A program made the translations under genes and the position numbers. The notes under the pieces were generated by a model that saw only the letters and a program-made list of their open reading frames with translations, did no database searches and was not told the origin of the DNA. A DNA stretch of 14,628 bases, from contig CAXHAT010000197.1 of the NCBI GenBank assembly GCA_964014485.1, forward strand, positions 1-14,628, given 5' to 3'. Numbering within the stretch: the first letter of the stretch is position 1; each line of letters opens with the position of its first letter. The DNA is from an uncultured Deferribacteres bacterium. GTDB taxonomy: Bacteria > Zhuqueibacterota > Zhuqueibacteria > Zhuqueibacterales > Geothermadaptataceae. Shown piece by piece: positions 14,581 through 14,628 of this stretch.

Positions 14581-14628
14581 CTGTCTCTTATACACATCTC
14601 CGAGCCCACGAGACTCCATTGCATCGCG
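14581..14628 (+). other. Sequencing artefact: Nextera/Tn5 adapter read-through
   Basis: CTGTCTCTTATACACATCT (mosaic end) + CCGAGCCCACGAGAC + 8-nt index-like TCCATTGC + ATCGCG (1 mismatch to the P7 start ATCTCG). Confidence 0.99.

Noticed and set aside
14581..14599. Genuine IS50/Tn5 end
   Set aside because: It is the synthetic mosaic end followed directly by the Nextera primer sequence.

Overview
Bacterial contig (probably metagenomic) whose last 48 bases are an untrimmed Nextera adapter. It holds 12 credible CDSs in three blocks. (1) Plus strand: MOSC protein, SAM methyltransferase, DUF4177-like protein, pRiA4b ORF-3 family protein. (2) Minus strand: sodium:solute symporter, exported hypothetical, Tat-exported xylose-isomerase-like TIM barrel, YedA-like DMT transporter. 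(3) Plus strand polysaccharide locus: GT4, phosphotransferase-like protein, heparinase II/III-family protein, GT4. The genes are ordinary; the intergenic DNA is not. It carries at least five distinct REP/REPIN-like palindrome families and four gene-less elements (2528-2875, 4374-4545, 4556-4731, 7381-7615) bounded by terminal inverted repeats (TIRs) and AT-rich 6-8 bp target-site duplications (TSDs). The four TIRs fit one consensus, 5'-CYRAYRTTHYKC-3'. Three of the four elements enclose a REP doublet, each of a different family. Two of them share near-identical TIRs but have unrelated interiors. My main hypothesis (inference) is a family of non-autonomous IS-derived mini-cassettes that capture or carry REP cargo. 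No transposase or RAYT gene lies in the window, so mobility is unproven.
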